64,000 nucleotides of DNA from Candidatus Poribacteria bacterium (lineage in GTDB: Bacteria > Poribacteria > WGA-4E > WGA-3G): NCBI GenBank assembly GCA_022821495.1, contig JAJEDN010000104.1, positions 14,043-78,042 on the forward strand, in the 5' to 3' direction. The position numbers and the translations under genes were made by a program. Below the pieces are notes generated by a model, which did no database searches, was not told the DNA's origin, and saw only the letters and a program-made list of their open reading frames with translations. This document shows, piece by piece, positions 60,559-64,000 of this stretch (the stretch's first letter is position 1; the number at the start of each line of letters is the position of its first letter).

Positions 60559-61908
60559 ATGCAAACAACACTTAAAGCAGGCAGCGCAACCTCAAACATA
60601 ACACCACCCCTCGGCACAAGAATACCGGGCGGCTTCCGACCCAGATATGCTGAAAATGTTGACGATGAACTTTTTGCTAAAGCCGTTGTCATCGATAACG
60701 GCACGACACGCATCGCTATCGTCACGTGCGACCTCATCGCTATACCCGAGAAGGTAGCAGACGCAGCCAAAGCACGCATCGCTGAACGGTGCGATATCCC
60801 GCCGGCACACGTTATGATAAACGCGACACATACACATACCGCCGTTGCGATCGCCGATCTGCTCGGTGTTGACGAAGATACCGGGTATACCGAATGGGCA
60901 CCACTGAAAATTGCCGATGCCGTTGAACTCGCTGTGTGGCGACTCCAGCCAGCACGCGTAGGATTCGCCAGCGTTAACGAAGAACGTATCACTTTCAATC
61001 GGCGGTGGCACATGAAAGACGGGACCGTCCGTTTTAATCCCGGGGTCAATAATCCAGATCTTGTGAAACCGACTGGCACGATTGATCCAGAGTTGGCGAT
61101 GATGTTCGTTGAAGCAGAGGATGGCGCGCCAATCGCTGCTGTCGCTAACTTCTCGCTCCACTACATCGGCACAGACAACGGCAACGCACTCTCCGCAGAC
61201 TATTTTGGACACTTCGATAAACTTATGCGACACTATCTCGGAGATACGTGTATCTCGCTCCTCTGGAACGCCGCATCAGGACAGATAAACAATACCGATT
61301 TCAGTGGACAGACGAAATGGACGGCGAGCGGACACCAACAGGCAGTGAAAATGGCGAACGTTCTCGCGGGGCATTTTATTACTGAAATGCAGTTTATGGA
61401 GATGCAGAACACGCTCGACCTCAGTGGGAATCTCGCTACGCTAACATTTCAACCCAAACAAATTACCGCCGAAGACCTCGAAGTCGCGGAACAGGTGCTG
61501 TCCGTACCACAAGGAACTTACGATGCTTACGAAACCGGTCCGTTTAGTTGGGTCGTTGGGCAGCCGATACCGAATGCCCTGGTTGATGTCTACGCGCATG
61601 AATGTCAACGCTTGGCAAAACTCCCAGCGCAGATGACAGCACCTATTCAGGTAATACGTCTCGGTGAGGCAGCTATCGTGGCACTCCCTGGGGAGGTTTT
61701 TGTTGAAACGGGGATGAATATCAAAGCCGCATCCGACGCGAGCCAGACGTTTATCGTCAGCTTAGCGAATGCGTATATCGGTTATATTTGCACAGATAAA
61801 GCGTTGACCGAGGAGGGTGGATACGAGACATGGGCGGCGATGTCCTCTCTACCGGCTGTCGGAACAGTGCCAACTATGGAAACACTCGTCGCTTCGTTAT
61901 TGACGTAA
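60559..61908 (+). CDS. neutral ceramidase-like hydrolase family protein (tentative)
   Basis: N-terminal ITPPLGTRIPGG, IAIVTCDLI and NATHTHTA resemble the ceramidase N-terminal domain family. AAGGAG lies upstream of the ATG at 60559. Confidence 0.4.
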   Translation: MQTTLKAGSATSNITPPLGTRIPGGFRPRYAENVDDELFAKAVVIDNGTTRIAIVTCDLIAIPEKVADAAKARIAERCDIPPAHVMINATHTHTAVAIADLLGVDEDTGYTEWAPLKIADAVELAVWRLQPARVGFASVNEERITFNRRWHMKDGTVRFNPGVNNPDLVKPTGTIDPELAMMFVEAEDGAPIAAVANFSLHYIGTDNGNALSADYFGHFDKLMRHYLGDTCISLLWNAASGQINNTDFSGQTKWTASGHQQAVKMANVLAGHFITEMQFMEMQNTLDLSGNLATLTFQPKQITAEDLEVAEQVLSVPQGTYDAYETGPFSWVVGQPIPNALVDVYAHECQRLAKLPAQMTAPIQVIRLGEAAIVALPGEVFVETGMNIKAASDASQTFIVSLANAYIGYICTDKALTEEGGYETWAAMSSLPAVGTVPTMETLVASLLT

Positions 61909-61943
61909 TGCAAATCCCTATAAAGCAAGAACATTGCCCTGTT

Positions 61944-61979
61944 AAAAAATAAAGAGGCAGGCACAAAAACCCGCCTCTC
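61944..61979 (-). terminator. rho-independent terminator downstream of glnB
   Basis: The minus strand reads AGAGGCGGG-TTTTTGTG-CCTGCCTCT followed by TTATTTTTT. Confidence 0.55.
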
Positions 61980-62000
61980 CGAGAAAATAGAATAGAAAAA

Positions 62001-62480
<480 letters not shown>

Positions 62481-62533
62481 TCTCAATCAGGGCTTACAAT
62501 CTTTGCCCTCAAGATTTACAAATATGAGTAAGC

Positions 62534-62557
62534 GGGCGGCTGCGAGGAACCGCCCGA
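62534..62557 (-). terminator. possible terminator hairpin downstream of glnA
   Basis: CGGGCGG-N10-CCGCCCG with only a weak U-tract. Confidence 0.3.
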
Positions 62558-62588
62558 TACAACGATTTCAGAACCTCGTTCACGCGAT

Positions 62589-64000
62589 CTAAATATCGTG
62601 ATAGAGGTAGAATTCATACGGATGGGGCCGCATGTTTACCGCATCGACCTCATTTTCACGTTTATAGTCAATCCAGACATCTAAAACATCTTGGGTGAAG
62701 ACATCACCTTTAAGGAGATACTCGTGGTCTTCCTCTAAAGCATCAAGAGAATCACCAAGAGATACTGGCGTGGATTCGATGTCGGCGAGTTCTTCCGGCT
62801 CAAGATCATAAAGGTCTTTGTCGAGCGGATCACCCGGATGGATGCGATTCTGTATGCCATCAAGTCCTGCCATAAGCAGGGCGCTGAAGGCGAGGTACGG
62901 ATTACAGGACGGATCCGGTGTCCGGAATTCAACCCGTTTTGCCTTCTCACTCTTTGAGTAGACAGGAATACGGACACACGCACTACGGTTCCGTTGCGAA
63001 TAGGCGATGTTCACAGGGGCTTCATATCCTGGGACCAACCGTTTGTAAGAATTAGTTGTCGGAGCGATGATTGCACAGAGCGAGCGAGCATGCGTCAGCA
63101 AGCCGCCGATGTAGTAGAGCGCGTCTTCACTGAGAAGCGAATATCCCTGTGGATCGTAGAAGATGTTCTTACCGTCTTTCCAGAGACTCTGGTGGACGTG
63201 CATCCCAGAACCGTTGTCTTGGAAGAGTGGTTTCGGCATAAATGTAGCAACAAGGTTGTTCTCTCGCGCCATATTTTTGATGATGTACTTATACAACGCA
63301 ATCTTATCACCAGTCGTGGTCAACTCACCAAAGCGGATGTCAATCTCACCTTGCCCAGCAGTTCCGACTTCGTGGTGGTGAACTTCCACATCAACACCAG
63401 CTTCCATGAGCTTAAGGCAGATCTCGGAACGCAGATCTTGAAGTGTATCGGAAGGCGGAACGGGGAAGTAACCTTCTTTGTAACGCGGTTTGTAACCGAG
63501 GTTCGGATTTTCTTCACGCCCTGAATTCCAACTGCCCTCAACCGAATCAACAGCATAGAAACCAGAATGTTGGTTCTGACCGTAGCGAATATCATTGAGG
63601 AGATAGAATTCTGCTTCAGGTCCCCAGTAACTCGTATCTGCGATGCCTGTGGACTGTAAATACGCTTCCGCTTTCTGTGCGATATGCCGGACATCGCGCG
63701 TGTAATTCTCCAATGTGATCGGATCTTTGATGTTACACGTGATGCTCAGCGTCGGCACCTTGCAGACAGGATCAATCAGCGCCGTCGTCGGATCCGGAAA
63801 GAGCAACATATCGCTCTCATTAATCGCCTGGAAACCACGGATACTTGAGCCATCAAAACCGCACCCCTCCTCAAAGAGGTCTTCGCTCAACTCTTCTGCC
63901 ATAAGGGAAAAGTGTTGCCACATACCCGGCAGATCCATGAATTTGAGGTCAATGATTTTTACATCATTCTCTTTTGCAAGTGCAACCACCTCACTTGGTG
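62589..64000 (-). CDS. glnA: glutamine synthetase type I (5' end beyond the window)
   Basis: Motifs [33 protein letters not shown] and NRSACVRIP. The frame stays open to the window edge upstream of the GTG at 63989. Confidence 0.92.
   Translation of the reverse strand, partial: PSEVVALAKENDVKIIDLKFMDLPGMWQHFSLMAEELSEDLFEEGCGFDGSSIRGFQAINESDMLLFPDPTTALIDPVCKVPTLSITCNIKDPITLENYTRDVRHIAQKAEAYLQSTGIADTSYWGPEAEFYLLNDIRYGQNQHSGFYAVDSVEGSWNSGREENPNLGYKPRYKEGYFPVPPSDTLQDLRSEICLKLMEAGVDVEVHHHEVGTAGQGEIDIRFGELTTTGDKIALYKYIIKNMARENNLVATFMPKPLFQDNGSGMHVHQSLWKDGKNIFYDPQGYSLLSEDALYYIGGLLTHARSLCAIIAPTTNSYKRLVPGYEAPVNIAYSQRNRSACVRIPVYSKSEKAKRVEFRTPDPSCNPYLAFSALLMAGLDGIQNRIHPGDPLDKDLYDLEPEELADIESTPVSLGDSLDALEEDHEYLLKGDVFTQDVLDVWIDYKRENEVDAVNMRPHPYEFYLYHDI

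Overview
Bacterial chromosomal window with about 60 genes. All calls come from reading motifs by eye; no database search was run. Housekeeping genes: smpB plus tmRNA, hflX, tRNA-Leu(CAA), uvrC, trmB, a glnD-like gene, trpB, era, uvrA, glnB and glnA. These are mixed with accessory genes: two overlapping orphan DNA methyltransferases next to a truncated MBOAT gene, a single-chain nuclease-methyltransferase of about 1040 aa, one intact and one decayed IS605-family tnpB, three Uma2 nuclease paralogs, a RelE pair, two DUF433/DUF5615 pairs, Fic and MoxR. There is also a cluster of Gfo/Idh/MocA oxidoreductases, PhyH-type dioxygenases and a sulfatase-like enzyme. I did not recognise a classic multi-gene defence system. 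The most unusual feature is a dense, modular set of small hairpin repeats. R1 is a MITE with 12-bp TIRs, R2 is a gene-start element, R3 and R4 are loop inserts, and there are also GTAG-headed REP doublets, R6 and heptamer arrays. These repeats nest inside each other's hairpin loops and appear to have been taken into coding sequence. Two R1 cores sit in-frame inside the restriction-modification gene. An R2 copy supplies the trpB N-terminus. An R2 copy also forms the linker of a 1953-aa ORF that fuses two complete UvrA units, the second lacking the insertion domain. A 479-bp gap contains an SRP-RNA domain IV signature interrupted by a 31-nt insert where the tetraloop should be. Repeat and mobile-element boundaries are approximate.
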